Positions 40,282-48,825 of a stretch of 64,000 nucleotides of DNA are shown in pieces. A program made the translations under genes and the position numbers. Within the stretch, counting starts at the first letter, position 1, and the number at the start of each line of letters is the position of its first letter. Origin of the DNA: Verrucomicrobiales bacterium (lineage in GTDB: Bacteria > Verrucomicrobiota > Verrucomicrobiia > Verrucomicrobiales > SLCJ01); the NCBI GenBank assembly GCA_046075565.1, contig JBJTQJ010000052.1:1-64000 (forward strand), written 5' to 3'. Under the pieces are notes generated by a model. That model saw only the letters and a program-made list of their open reading frames with translations. It ran no database searches and was not told the DNA's origin.

Positions 40282-41013
40282 ATGGGACGCCAATGGTTGC
40301 AGGCTCATCGGGAAGTCGCCTCGCTGAAAAAGTCGCGGGCGGTGGTCAAATTCGTACGCGAAATCATGGTGGCCGCCCGTGCCGGGGGTACCGATCCCGA
40401 CCTGAATGCGCGGCTGGCCCACGCCATCGAGAAAGCCCGCCGCGAAAGCGTGTCGCGTGATGTGATCGAACGTGCCATCCAGAAAGGCGCCGGCGTCGGC
40501 GGCGAGAGAATGAACTATGAACAATTCACCTTCGAGGGTTATGCGCCCCACAAGGTGCCGGTGATCGTCGAGGTGATGACCGACAATAACAACCGCACGG
40601 CACCGGAAATCCGCGTGCTTTTCCGCAAAGGACAACTCGGCACGACCGGCAGTAACAAATTTCTCTTCGAACATGTCGGGCTTGTCGAAGCCCATTGTGC
40701 GGACACCGCCGCCGACATCGAAGCGGCCGCCATTGAAGCGGGCGCGAACGAAGTCGAGCCCCTCGACGCAAGCCAGAACGACGACATCCCGGATGGCACC
40801 TGCGGGGCGCGCTTTATCACTGAACGCACCGCCGTGGCGCAGGTCGCCCAATGGCTTGCCGCCAACGGCTGGACCGTTGTCACCAGCGAACTCGGCTACC
40901 TGCCCAAACAATTCCCCGACCTGACCGACGATCAACGGCGCGAGGTCGGCGAATTCCTCCAGTCTCTCGATGACCACGACGACGTCCACCGCGTGTGGGC
41001 CGCCGTGAAGTGA
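40282..41013 (+). CDS. YebC/PmpR family protein
   Basis: MGRQW, DPDLNARL, IERAIQK, FEGYAP, TDNNNRT, LDDHDDVHRVW. Confidence 0.92.
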   Translation: MGRQWLQAHREVASLKKSRAVVKFVREIMVAARAGGTDPDLNARLAHAIEKARRESVSRDVIERAIQKGAGVGGERMNYEQFTFEGYAPHKVPVIVEVMTDNNNRTAPEIRVLFRKGQLGTTGSNKFLFEHVGLVEAHCADTAADIEAAAIEAGANEVEPLDASQNDDIPDGTCGARFITERTAVAQVAQWLAANGWTVVTSELGYLPKQFPDLTDDQRREVGEFLQSLDDHDDVHRVWAAVK

Positions 41014-41166
41014 TCGGTTAACCACGGAAATGAATGATATGACGCGCTTTGGCGATTGCCATAATTACACCATCTGATGAACGGATAGGAGATTGAGCCT
41101 TTGTGCGATCGAGAGATGCCGTTCTTGGGATGGAGCATCCATCTGGGAAACACGTCTTCTGAATTC

Positions 41167-41254
41167 TGTAGCGGCGGTCTGTGACCGTCGCATTTGTCTG
41201 GGGATGGAGCATCCCGCTGGGAAAAGCCACCGGCGGTCACAGACCGCCGCTACA
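41167..41254. repeat. GTAG-type REP doublet
   Basis: TGTAGCGGCGGTCTGTGACCGTCG inverted to CGGCGGTCACAGACCGCCGCTACA. Confidence 0.8.
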
Positions 41255-41332
41255 AGGTTGGAGGTTGGACTCGGCGGCGTGTTTCACCAGACCAACTTCC
41301 CAGTAGCATTGTTCCGGTATCTACCGGTTATG

Positions 41333-41522
41333 GACCCTGAAGGGGTTCTGTCCTCCGGCAAACGGGACAAAACCCCTTCAGGGGGTTTGGAGGAGTATGC
41401 ATTCGTTCCCCGGGGTAGCCCCGCGCACGGGGCAACCCCGGGCTCTGGGACACAATCCCGTTGGGATTGGGAGAAGAAGACATGCGAGCAACGGACACGA
41501 CCCTGCGGGATCGTGTCCCTCC
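41333..41522. repeat. Composite palindromic repeat element(s)
   Basis: CCCTGAAGGGGTT...AACCCCTTCAGGG, CCCGGGGTAGCCCCG-CGCA-CGGGGCAACCCCGGG, CAATCCCGTTGGGATTG, GGACACGACCCTGCGGGATCGTGTCCCTCC. Confidence 0.6.
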
Positions 41523-41602
41523 GATGGACAGCCAAGGTTCTCGAGCGAATTACCTCCGATGATCCTCGTATTGGGATTTCGCGCGCATCACAGATCGAAA
41601 AC

Positions 41603-43189
41603 TCATCCGCCTTTGCCCTGAAGGGCGTCGAGCACGGTGCGGGCGAAATCAAGGGAGATGCCGGGGAGTGCGGCGAGGTCTTCGGCGCTGCGGCGGCGGA
41701 GGCGTTCAACAGAGCCGAATTCGGTGAGCAGCTTCTGTTTTTTCGTCTGGCTCATGCCCGGGATATCGTCGAGTTGGCTTTCGCGCACGCGGCGGCGGAG
41801 CAGGATTTGGTGGTAACCGTTGGCGAATCGATGGGCTTCGTCGCGGATCCGCTGGAGGAGTTTGATGGCCCCGCGGGAATGCGGAAGGAGGATGGGAAAT
41901 TCGCTGCCGGGGCGGTGGATTTCCTCGCGTTCCTTGGCCAGACCGATGACAGGTAAATCCCAGAGACCGAGGGTCTGGAGCTCCGCCACGGCCATGCCAA
42001 GTTGTCCTTTGCCGCCATCGACGATGACAAGGTCGGGGAGGAGGATGGCAGGGCGACCGGCGGCTTTGGCCTGGCGGGCGGCCCTGGCGGCGGCTTCGGC
42101 GGGGTCTTCCTGGGATTCCGGGTCGGCGTTGGGGGCGAGCTCGCGGAGGATTCGCCCGTAGCGGCGGCGCACGACTTCGGCCATGCTGGCGAAGTCGTTT
42201 TGTCCTTCGACGGTGCGGATGCGGTAGCGGCGGTAGTTCGCGCTGTCGGGTTTGCCATTTTCAAACCGAACCATGGAAGCGACGGCGTAGGTCGAGGAAA
42301 TATTGGAAATGTCGAAACACTCCATGGTCAGGGGCGGGAGAGCGAGGCCGAGCGCGTCCTGCAAATCGCGCACGTCGGCCATGGGGTCGATGCCGGGGCC
42401 GAGGGGTTCACCGCGTCCACGGGTGAAACGGCGGGTCGGGGTGGTGGTTTTTTCCAAGGCATCGATGGCGTCGCGGAGGCGGGCGGCTTTTTCGAAATCG
42501 AGGATGGCGGCGGCGGCTTCCATGTCGTCGCGCATGCCGTCGAGCATGGCTTTGTCGCCGCCTTCGAGCACACGCATTGCGGCCTGGACGCGCCCATGGT
42601 AGTCGTCGCGGGAAATGCGCCCGATGCAGGGAGCGGGGCAGTTTTTGATAATGTCGGCGTGGCAGTGGCGGTAGTCGTTTTCGTCGGGGTGACGGGGGCG
42701 GCAGACGCGGAGCCCGAACTTGCGGTTGAGCCAATCGACGGTCTCGCGCAGGGCACCCGTGTGGGCGTAGGGGCCGAAGTAGCGGGCTCCGTCCTCCTTT
42801 TTCAAACGCGTGAGCTGGAGCCGGGGAGCAGGGTCGTCGACTTTGACGCGGACGAGCAGGAATCGTTTGTCGTCGCGGAAGGAAATGTTGTAGCGCGGCC
42901 GGTATTCCTTGATCAGCTTGCCTTCGAGGAGCAGGGCCTCGGATTCATTGCGCACGACGTGGATGTCGAAATCCCAGATGCTGCGGATGAGGGCGCGGGT
43001 CTTGAGGTCGGCCAGCGTCTGACGGGATGGCTGGAAATAATGGGAAAGGCGTTTGCGCAGATCGCGGGCTTTGCCGACGTAAATGACCTTTTTCAGCCGG
43101 TCGCGCATGAGATAGACGCCGGGCTGGTGGGGCACGTCGCGCAATTTGACCTTGGGGTCGGGTCGGGGCTCAAAGGGTTCGTCGGCCAT
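41603..43189 (-). CDS. uvrC: Excinuclease ABC subunit C
   Basis: PHQPGVYLM, IYVGKARDLRKR, EALLLE..LIK..RPRYN, DFEKAARLRD, ECFDISN, DGGKGQL, RIRDEAHRFA, HhH tail. Confidence 0.95.
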   Translation of the reverse strand: MADEPFEPRPDPKVKLRDVPHQPGVYLMRDRLKKVIYVGKARDLRKRLSHYFQPSRQTLADLKTRALIRSIWDFDIHVVRNESEALLLEGKLIKEYRPRYNISFRDDKRFLLVRVKVDDPAPRLQLTRLKKEDGARYFGPYAHTGALRETVDWLNRKFGLRVCRPRHPDENDYRHCHADIIKNCPAPCIGRISRDDYHGRVQAAMRVLEGGDKAMLDGMRDDMEAAAAILDFEKAARLRDAIDALEKTTTPTRRFTRGRGEPLGPGIDPMADVRDLQDALGLALPPLTMECFDISNISSTYAVASMVRFENGKPDSANYRRYRIRTVEGQNDFASMAEVVRRRYGRILRELAPNADPESQEDPAEAAARAARQAKAAGRPAILLPDLVIVDGGKGQLGMAVAELQTLGLWDLPVIGLAKEREEIHRPGSEFPILLPHSRGAIKLLQRIRDEAHRFANGYHQILLRRRVRESQLDDIPGMSQTKKQKLLTEFGSVERLRRRSAEDLAALPGISLDFARTVLDALQGKGG

Positions 43190-43337
43190 GGCGGGGGCGG
43201 AACATGCGATACGACAGGTTCGGCCCGGAGACAAGAAAAGAGGGCTCGGCGCGGCAATTTCATGGACAATCCGACCCTCGGATGGCGATTGCGTGACAGG
43301 CCCCGAGGCCTTAGGTTGTAATGGTCCCGACAAATCC

Positions 43338-44195
43338 ATGGATCGTCTCTTAAGAATTTTCTTTCTGCTGGCGCTGGCGGTTTTCCCCGTGACGGCGATG
43401 GCGCAGGGTTCGACCACCGAGGCCGTTCAAATGGCGGTCGAAGGCGCCGGCCGGGCCGGCGGCTCGTCTTTGCTCGAAATCCTGCAAAAGGGCGGCCCCA
43501 TGATGTATCCGCTCGGGGCCCTCTCCTTTGTGGGCGTGATTCTGGTGGTCGTCTACACGCTTTCCCTCCGCCAAGGCGCGGTGGTGACCATGCGCTTCAT
43601 GGATGTGGCGGAAAGCATGCTGCGGAAACAGGACTATCTCGGGCTGGCGGCCGTGTGCAATCGCGGCGGGCAATCGGTGGCATTGGTCATGCAGCGTGCA
43701 ATGGATTTCATCGGACGGAATCCGGCGGCCAGTGTCGAGGAAGTGCGAGAGGTTGCGCAAGCGGAAGGCTCACGGCAGGCGAGCATGATGACGCAGCGCA
43801 TTTCCTATCTCGCCGACATCGGGGCCATTGCACCCATGGTCGGATTGCTCGGCACGGTGCTCGGGATGATTGAATCGTTCGATACACTTTCGGGCGGATC
43901 GTTTGTCGGCGCGAAGACAATGAAGCTGGCCAACGGGGTTTCGCAGGCCTTGATCACGACCGCGGCGGGGCTTTTTGTCAGCATCCCCGCGCTCGCTTTC
44001 TATTCTTATTTCCGCGGGAAGGTGCAGAAACTCATTTCCGAACTCGAAGCGGCAAGCACGCATCTGATGGCGATTTTCGCGGCCAACCACGACGCCTACA
44101 CCGCACCGCCGCAGCCGCGCAGCTCGGCCAACCGCGGGGCGCGGGCTGTGGAGTATGCTGAAGAAGACGAGCCCCGCGTCTCCCGGCGCCGCTGA
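43338..44195 (+). CDS. MotA/TolQ/ExbB proton channel protein
   Basis: GGPMMYPL, IAPMVGLLGTVLGMI..F, LANGVSQALITTAAGL. Confidence 0.92.
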   Translation: MDRLLRIFFLLALAVFPVTAMAQGSTTEAVQMAVEGAGRAGGSSLLEILQKGGPMMYPLGALSFVGVILVVVYTLSLRQGAVVTMRFMDVAESMLRKQDYLGLAAVCNRGGQSVALVMQRAMDFIGRNPAASVEEVREVAQAEGSRQASMMTQRISYLADIGAIAPMVGLLGTVLGMIESFDTLSGGSFVGAKTMKLANGVSQALITTAAGLFVSIPALAFYSYFRGKVQKLISELEAASTHLMAIFAANHDAYTAPPQPRSSANRGARAVEYAEEDEPRVSRRR

Positions 44196-44198
44196 GCC

Positions 44199-44618
44199 AT
44201 GAGATTCCGCCCCTCCATCGAAGCCGAACGCGCGGGACTGCAACTGGCCCCGATGATCGATGTCGTCTTCCTGCTGTTGATCTTCTTCATTGTCACCTGG
44301 GCTTTCGCTCGTTTCGAGACCGAGCTCGATGTGGCCGTGCCGGTGGCGAAGCAGGGGGCAGACCCGAATCGTTCCGTCGGTGAAATCATTGTCAATGTGC
44401 GCCGGGATGGATCTCTCGTGCTCGAAGGGCGCGGCATCACCGGGCCGGACTTGCTCGACCGATTGCAGAAAGTGGCCTCTCACTACCGTGATGTTGCTGT
44501 GATCTTGCGCGGTGATCGCCAGACCAGCTACGAGAATATCGTGAAGGTGCTGGATCTCTGCCGCGAAGCGGGAATCATGAATGTCGCCTTCGCCACCGAC
44601 CGGCCGGATAACGAATGA
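44199..44618 (+). CDS. ExbD/TolR family protein
   Basis: LAPMIDVVFLLLIFF, VILRGD, VKVLDLCREAG. Confidence 0.92.
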   Translation: MRFRPSIEAERAGLQLAPMIDVVFLLLIFFIVTWAFARFETELDVAVPVAKQGADPNRSVGEIIVNVRRDGSLVLEGRGITGPDLLDRLQKVASHYRDVAVILRGDRQTSYENIVKVLDLCREAGIMNVAFATDRPDNE

Positions 44619-47332
44619 ACCGCCCGCCCCACTTAATCGCCGCCATGAGATCGATTTTCCATTGTTTGCTCGGCTCCACCCTCGCCATTTCGCCGTTGGC
44701 GGCCCAGAGCGTCGTGCCCGCACGTCCGGTGCCCGAGCCGGCCCCTCCGGAAATCCCGGTAGCTCCCGCGCGCCCGGTTGAGATCGGTCCCGATGGCCGG
44801 CCGATGGCCCCGGATACTCCTGTCGTTCCTCCCGCTCCGGTTGCACCGGCGGAGCCGTTCCTGGCGCCGGATCCGGCGAATGACCTCATCAAGTTCGCCG
44901 ATGAATTGTTTGGCCGCAATGAATTCGAGCTGGCCATGACTCGTTATGATCAGTTCATCGTTGATAATCCCCGCCACCCGCTCGCGCGCAAGGCGCTTTA
45001 CCAACTCGCCGAGTGCCTCCGCCGCCTGAACCGTCTCGATGACGCCGAACAAGCTTACGCACTTCTGGTGGATCGTTACAAGACGGGCGAATTCGTCGAT
45101 GTTTCGGCTTATCGTGCGGCCGGGCTCGCCTACAACCGCCGCGACTACCGTTCGGCCGTGCCATATTTCAAGATCGCGCGTTTGTTAGGAACAAAGCCGC
45201 AATTCAAGCTCGACGCCACGTTCCGCGCGGCCCGTTGTTACGAACTCAGCGGCGAATCCCGTCTCGCCGCTCCCCTCTTCCGCGAAATCATCCAGTCCCC
45301 CGACGCCGGTGAATTCAAGGAGCCGAGCATGCTCGCCCTCGCCCGCCAATCACTGACCGAAGGAAAGAAAGAGGAGTCACTTGGATTCTTCCTCGACCTC
45401 GCGACCAATGCGAAGGACGCGACCGTGCGCGCCGAGAGCCTCGTGCGCGCCGCACTCATCGAGACCGATCTGAAACGCGATGCCGAAGCGGAAAAACACT
45501 ATCTGGCGGTTTTCAAACTCCCCGAAGCCGAACCTTGGAAGCCTGTCGCCCAGCTTGGTCTGATCCGCGGGCGCTACCAGCGCAAAGATTACCAGGGCGT
45601 CATCGATGCCTACACCGCCGGGGTTTACAAACTCGCGGACGACATGCGGGTCCAAATGTTCCTCATGGTCGGGCATTCCTTCCAGCGCCTCGGCAAGTTG
45701 CAGGATGCCGTCAAAGTCTATGGAATCCTCGAGAATTTCGCGCCCGGCCAGCCCGAGGGATTTGAAGCCGGCTACCGCCGTCTCGAGTGCCTTTATCTCG
45801 CCAAAGACGATAATCTTCCCGCCTTCGTCGATAGCTTTGTCGAGACGGAAAAGAAGGCCGGCCGCAATCATAAATTCCTCGATCGCGCCATGCTTTTAAA
45901 GGCCGAAACACTCTTCGGGCAAAAAAACCCCGTTGCCGCAGCGCCGGCCTATGCCGCCATCCGCATGGAAAATATTCCCGAGCAGCAGCGCCCGACAGCA
46001 CTTTACAAACACGGATGGGCCGAAGCCGAGGCAGGTCGCCGACCGCAGGCCGTCGAGGCCCTCGGCCGTTTTCTCACCTTGGCTCCTAACGACTCCCGTG
46101 TTCCTCTCGCCCTCGCCAAACGCGGCGAGATGTATGCCCTCAATGGCGACCCCGCGCGGGCTTCACAGGACTTCACCACGGTCACGGAAAAGTTTCCCGA
46201 TTCGGAAGCGGCGGAATTCGCTTATGTGCGCGCCGCCCGTTTGCACGCCGATCAGAACGACACCCAGACGATGATCCGGCTTTATAACGGCTTGTTGGAA
46301 AAATTCCCCCAAAGCAAAGCAGCGCCCGATGCCCACTACGCCCTCGGGCGAGCCTATTACCAGACGAAAAAATACGATCTCGCCGTTGAACATCTTCGCA
46401 AAGCCCGCGACCTCGATGCGGAACTCTATGCCCGCTCGGCCGGTTCACGTCTCGTGCTTTCCTGTTATGCACTCCGCGATGCAGCCGCCCTCCGCAAAGA
46501 ACTCGACACCTTCCTCCAGGTCGCCAAAGCGAGCGAGCTTCCCCCGCAGGTGCCCGCTTGGCTCGGGGTCAAGCTTTACGAGGAAGGTGATGCCGCCGCC
46601 GCTGACGACTACCTGACCATGTCGGCCAACGAACAGGATCCCAAGGCCACCGAACCGGTTATCTGGAAGTTCCTTGCCAAAGCCCGCCTCGATGCCGGTC
46701 GTTTCGCCGCCGCCGTGCGCGCCGCCGACCATTACCTCGCCACCACCGAGGATGCCGCCGCCCGTGCCTCCGGTTCCCTCGATAAAGCCCGGGCCCAATT
46801 CGGCTTGCGCGCTTTCGCCGATGCCGATACCACCGCCATGGAAGGACAAAAAATCGTCCGCCAAGGCAAAACCAATGCCTGGCTCGGCATCCTCCGCGGC
46901 GACATCGCCGCCGCCCAAGACAAGTGGGACGAAGCCGTCAAACACTACATCGTGCCATCGCAGACGATGGTCGATTCCGAGATCACTCCCCTCGCCCTTT
47001 GGAAAACTTCGCAGGCCCTCCAGCGCGCGGGCCAACGCGACGAGGCGAAGAAATTCCGCGCGGAAATCGAAACTCGTTTCCCGCTTTTCCAGGCTCCGCA
47101 GGGCCCACTCGTTCCCAAAGCCGAACGCGAGGAACGCGGATTGCCCAATGTCCCGCTCCCCACTGACTTGCCGGACGAACCCACCGCCCGGCCCGGAGAA
47201 GAGCCTCCGCTCCGTCCTCTTCCCGGCGGCCAGCCCGGTGCCACGGTCGTCGCGCCCCCAGTGCCTGAACCGGAGCCCGAACTCCCACCCGTCGGCATCC
47301 CCGATGCCGGGGAGAACCCGCCGGAACCTTGA
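44615..47332 (+). CDS. Secreted multi-TPR protein with Pro-rich termini
   Basis: Signal ending PLAAQ. Repeated TPR pairs (ALYQLAECL, AHYALGRAYY, EKFPDSEAA). ATGA overlap with exbD. Confidence 0.85.
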   Translation: MNRPPHLIAAMRSIFHCLLGSTLAISPLAAQSVVPARPVPEPAPPEIPVAPARPVEIGPDGRPMAPDTPVVPPAPVAPAEPFLAPDPANDLIKFADELFGRNEFELAMTRYDQFIVDNPRHPLARKALYQLAECLRRLNRLDDAEQAYALLVDRYKTGEFVDVSAYRAAGLAYNRRDYRSAVPYFKIARLLGTKPQFKLDATFRAARCYELSGESRLAAPLFREIIQSPDAGEFKEPSMLALARQSLTEGKKEESLGFFLDLATNAKDATVRAESLVRAALIETDLKRDAEAEKHYLAVFKLPEAEPWKPVAQLGLIRGRYQRKDYQGVIDAYTAGVYKLADDMRVQMFLMVGHSFQRLGKLQDAVKVYGILENFAPGQPEGFEAGYRRLECLYLAKDDNLPAFVDSFVETEKKAGRNHKFLDRAMLLKAETLFGQKNPVAAAPAYAAIRMENIPEQQRPTALYKHGWAEAEAGRRPQAVEALGRFLTLAPNDSRVPLALAKRGEMYALNGDPARASQDFTTVTEKFPDSEAAEFAYVRAARLHADQNDTQTMIRLYNGLLEKFPQSKAAPDAHYALGRAYYQTKKYDLAVEHLRKARDLDAELYARSAGSRLVLSCYALRDAAALRKELDTFLQVAKASELPPQVPAWLGVKLYEEGDAAAADDYLTMSANEQDPKATEPVIWKFLAKARLDAGRFAAAVRAADHYLATTEDAAARASGSLDKARAQFGLRAFADADTTAMEGQKIVRQGKTNAWLGILRGDIAAAQDKWDEAVKHYIVPSQTMVDSEITPLALWKTSQALQRAGQRDEAKKFRAEIETRFPLFQAPQGPLVPKAEREERGLPNVPLPTDLPDEPTARPGEEPPLRPLPGGQPGATVVAPPVPEPEPELPPVGIPDAGENPPEP

Positions 47333-47346
47333 CGCGATAGAATCCC

Positions 47347-48120
47347 ATGCGCCAGGATGCCCCGACCCCGCGCGCACGCTTGCTCGGCACCTTTGGTCGC
47401 GGCTTGGTTGACCTGCTTTACCCTCGCTCCTGCCCTGGTTGTGACGGGCCTGCACCCGCTACCGATCCCACCGGCCAATCATTGCCCGTTTGTCCGACCT
47501 GCGAGTCGAAGCTCGAACCACTCGTCCCGCCCTTTTGCGAAGTCTGCGGCCAGCCTTACGAAAGCGGCTCCACCGAGGGTGGATTCCGTTGCTTCAACTG
47601 CGGTGGGCGCAAGTTCGCGTTCGACTTCGCCATTGCGCCCTATCTCGCGAGCGGACTGCTCCGCGAGTTGGTACATCGATTCAAGTTCGGGAAGGTGGAG
47701 CCCCTGCGCAAACCTCTCGGTCAACTCTTCGCACGCGTCTTCGATGATCCGCGGTTGAGCGGCCACGAGTGGCAGCTAGTGCCCGTGCCCATTCACTGGC
47801 GGCGGCGCTACCAACGCGGCTTCAACCAAGCGGAGGAACTCGCCACCGTGCTCTCCAATATCACCGGCTACCAGGTCGTTGACGCCTTGCAGCGTGTTGT
47901 CTTCACTCCGCCGCAAAGTCGGCTCAATCGCCAGCAACGACTCGACAACCTCACGCGCGCCATTCGGGTGCGGCCCAAACAACTTCAGGCAATCAAAGAC
48001 CGCGACATACTGCTGGTGGACGATATCTTCACCACCGGTTCAACCGGCCAGGCCTGCGCGGAAGTGCTCAAATCCGCCGGTGCCCGCAGGGTGGTTGTGA
48101 TCACGCTGGCCCGTGGGTGA
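47347..48120 (+). CDS. comF: ComF family protein (double zinc ribbon + PRTase)
   Basis: LLYPRSCPGC, CPTC, CEVCG, CFNC, VPVPIHWRR..RGFNQA, LLVDDIFTTGST. Confidence 0.9.
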   Translation: MRQDAPTPRARLLGTFGRGLVDLLYPRSCPGCDGPAPATDPTGQSLPVCPTCESKLEPLVPPFCEVCGQPYESGSTEGGFRCFNCGGRKFAFDFAIAPYLASGLLRELVHRFKFGKVEPLRKPLGQLFARVFDDPRLSGHEWQLVPVPIHWRRRYQRGFNQAEELATVLSNITGYQVVDALQRVVFTPPQSRLNRQQRLDNLTRAIRVRPKQLQAIKDRDILLVDDIFTTGSTGQACAEVLKSAGARRVVVITLARG

Positions 48121-48152
48121 GATCATTCACACCATCGGCAAACCAACTTGCA

Positions 48153-48749
48153 CTACGACGAGAAAGGCCTGGAGTCGTAATTGTAGGCGCGGTGAAGGGG
48201 ATTTCCCCGCATGGCGACACATCGTTCCCGCAAATGTTCGAAGATAGCTAGTAGATGCGGAGTGTCGGACAGGGCGATACGGATTCTCCGCACCATGTTC
48301 CGCATGGTATCCACGGTGTGCGGTGGATCATAGCCGAGGGGTATGGACATGGGATAGATGGTTTCATCGACTTCGCCGGGCACGAGGTCCGGCACCCGCT
48401 GTTCCGTCCCGAAATAGTAGAGCCGATGCGACTCCGTGAACTTCATGACGTTGAAAAAAGTCGTGATGAGCAAGGCGTTCCGTTTTTCGATTGGAGATCC
48501 TAGATCAGCGTAGGTATCGGCGATACTGATGAGCCAGCGTTCCCTGACTTCCTTGAAGAGGAATTTGGAAAGATCCGTTTCGACGATTTCACGGAAACGC
48601 GGCCAGCCCTCCGCGACGCCTTCGAATCTGCGGAATCGAACCACGAGCTCGACAAGCTCCCGATACAGAGGGCTCATCTTGCCGCCCTTGCATTGGATCT
48701 CGTCGGCAAGCATCATTTCAATCTGTTTTGTGGTATCCGGGTGCCACAT
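48153..48749 (-). CDS. Hypothetical protein (198 aa)
   Basis: Clean ORF between comF and the rpoC terminator, lower GC than its neighbours, motif RWLISIADTYAD. Confidence 0.65.
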   Translation of the reverse strand: MWHPDTTKQIEMMLADEIQCKGGKMSPLYRELVELVVRFRRFEGVAEGWPRFREIVETDLSKFLFKEVRERWLISIADTYADLGSPIEKRNALLITTFFNVMKFTESHRLYYFGTEQRVPDLVPGEVDETIYPMSIPLGYDPPHTVDTMRNMVRRIRIALSDTPHLLAIFEHLRERCVAMRGNPLHRAYNYDSRPFSS

Positions 48750-48777
48750 GGTTGTCTGATTGGAAGGATTTACCGCG

Positions 48778-48810
48778 AAAAAGGCCGCGCCCTCGCGGAC
48801 GCGGCCTCTT
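48778..48810 (-). terminator. Intrinsic terminator after rpoC
   Basis: Minus strand AAGAGGCCGCGTCC-GCGA-GGGCGCGGCCTTTTT. Confidence 0.8.
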
Positions 48811-48825
48811 GGCGCAGATTAGCGA

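Noticed and set aside
41014..41166. Possible four-helix-bundle gene remnant (minus strand HLSIAQRLNLLS) and duplicated GGGATGGAGCATCC
   Set aside because: Too short, interrupted by a stop, and the similarity is not convincing by eye.
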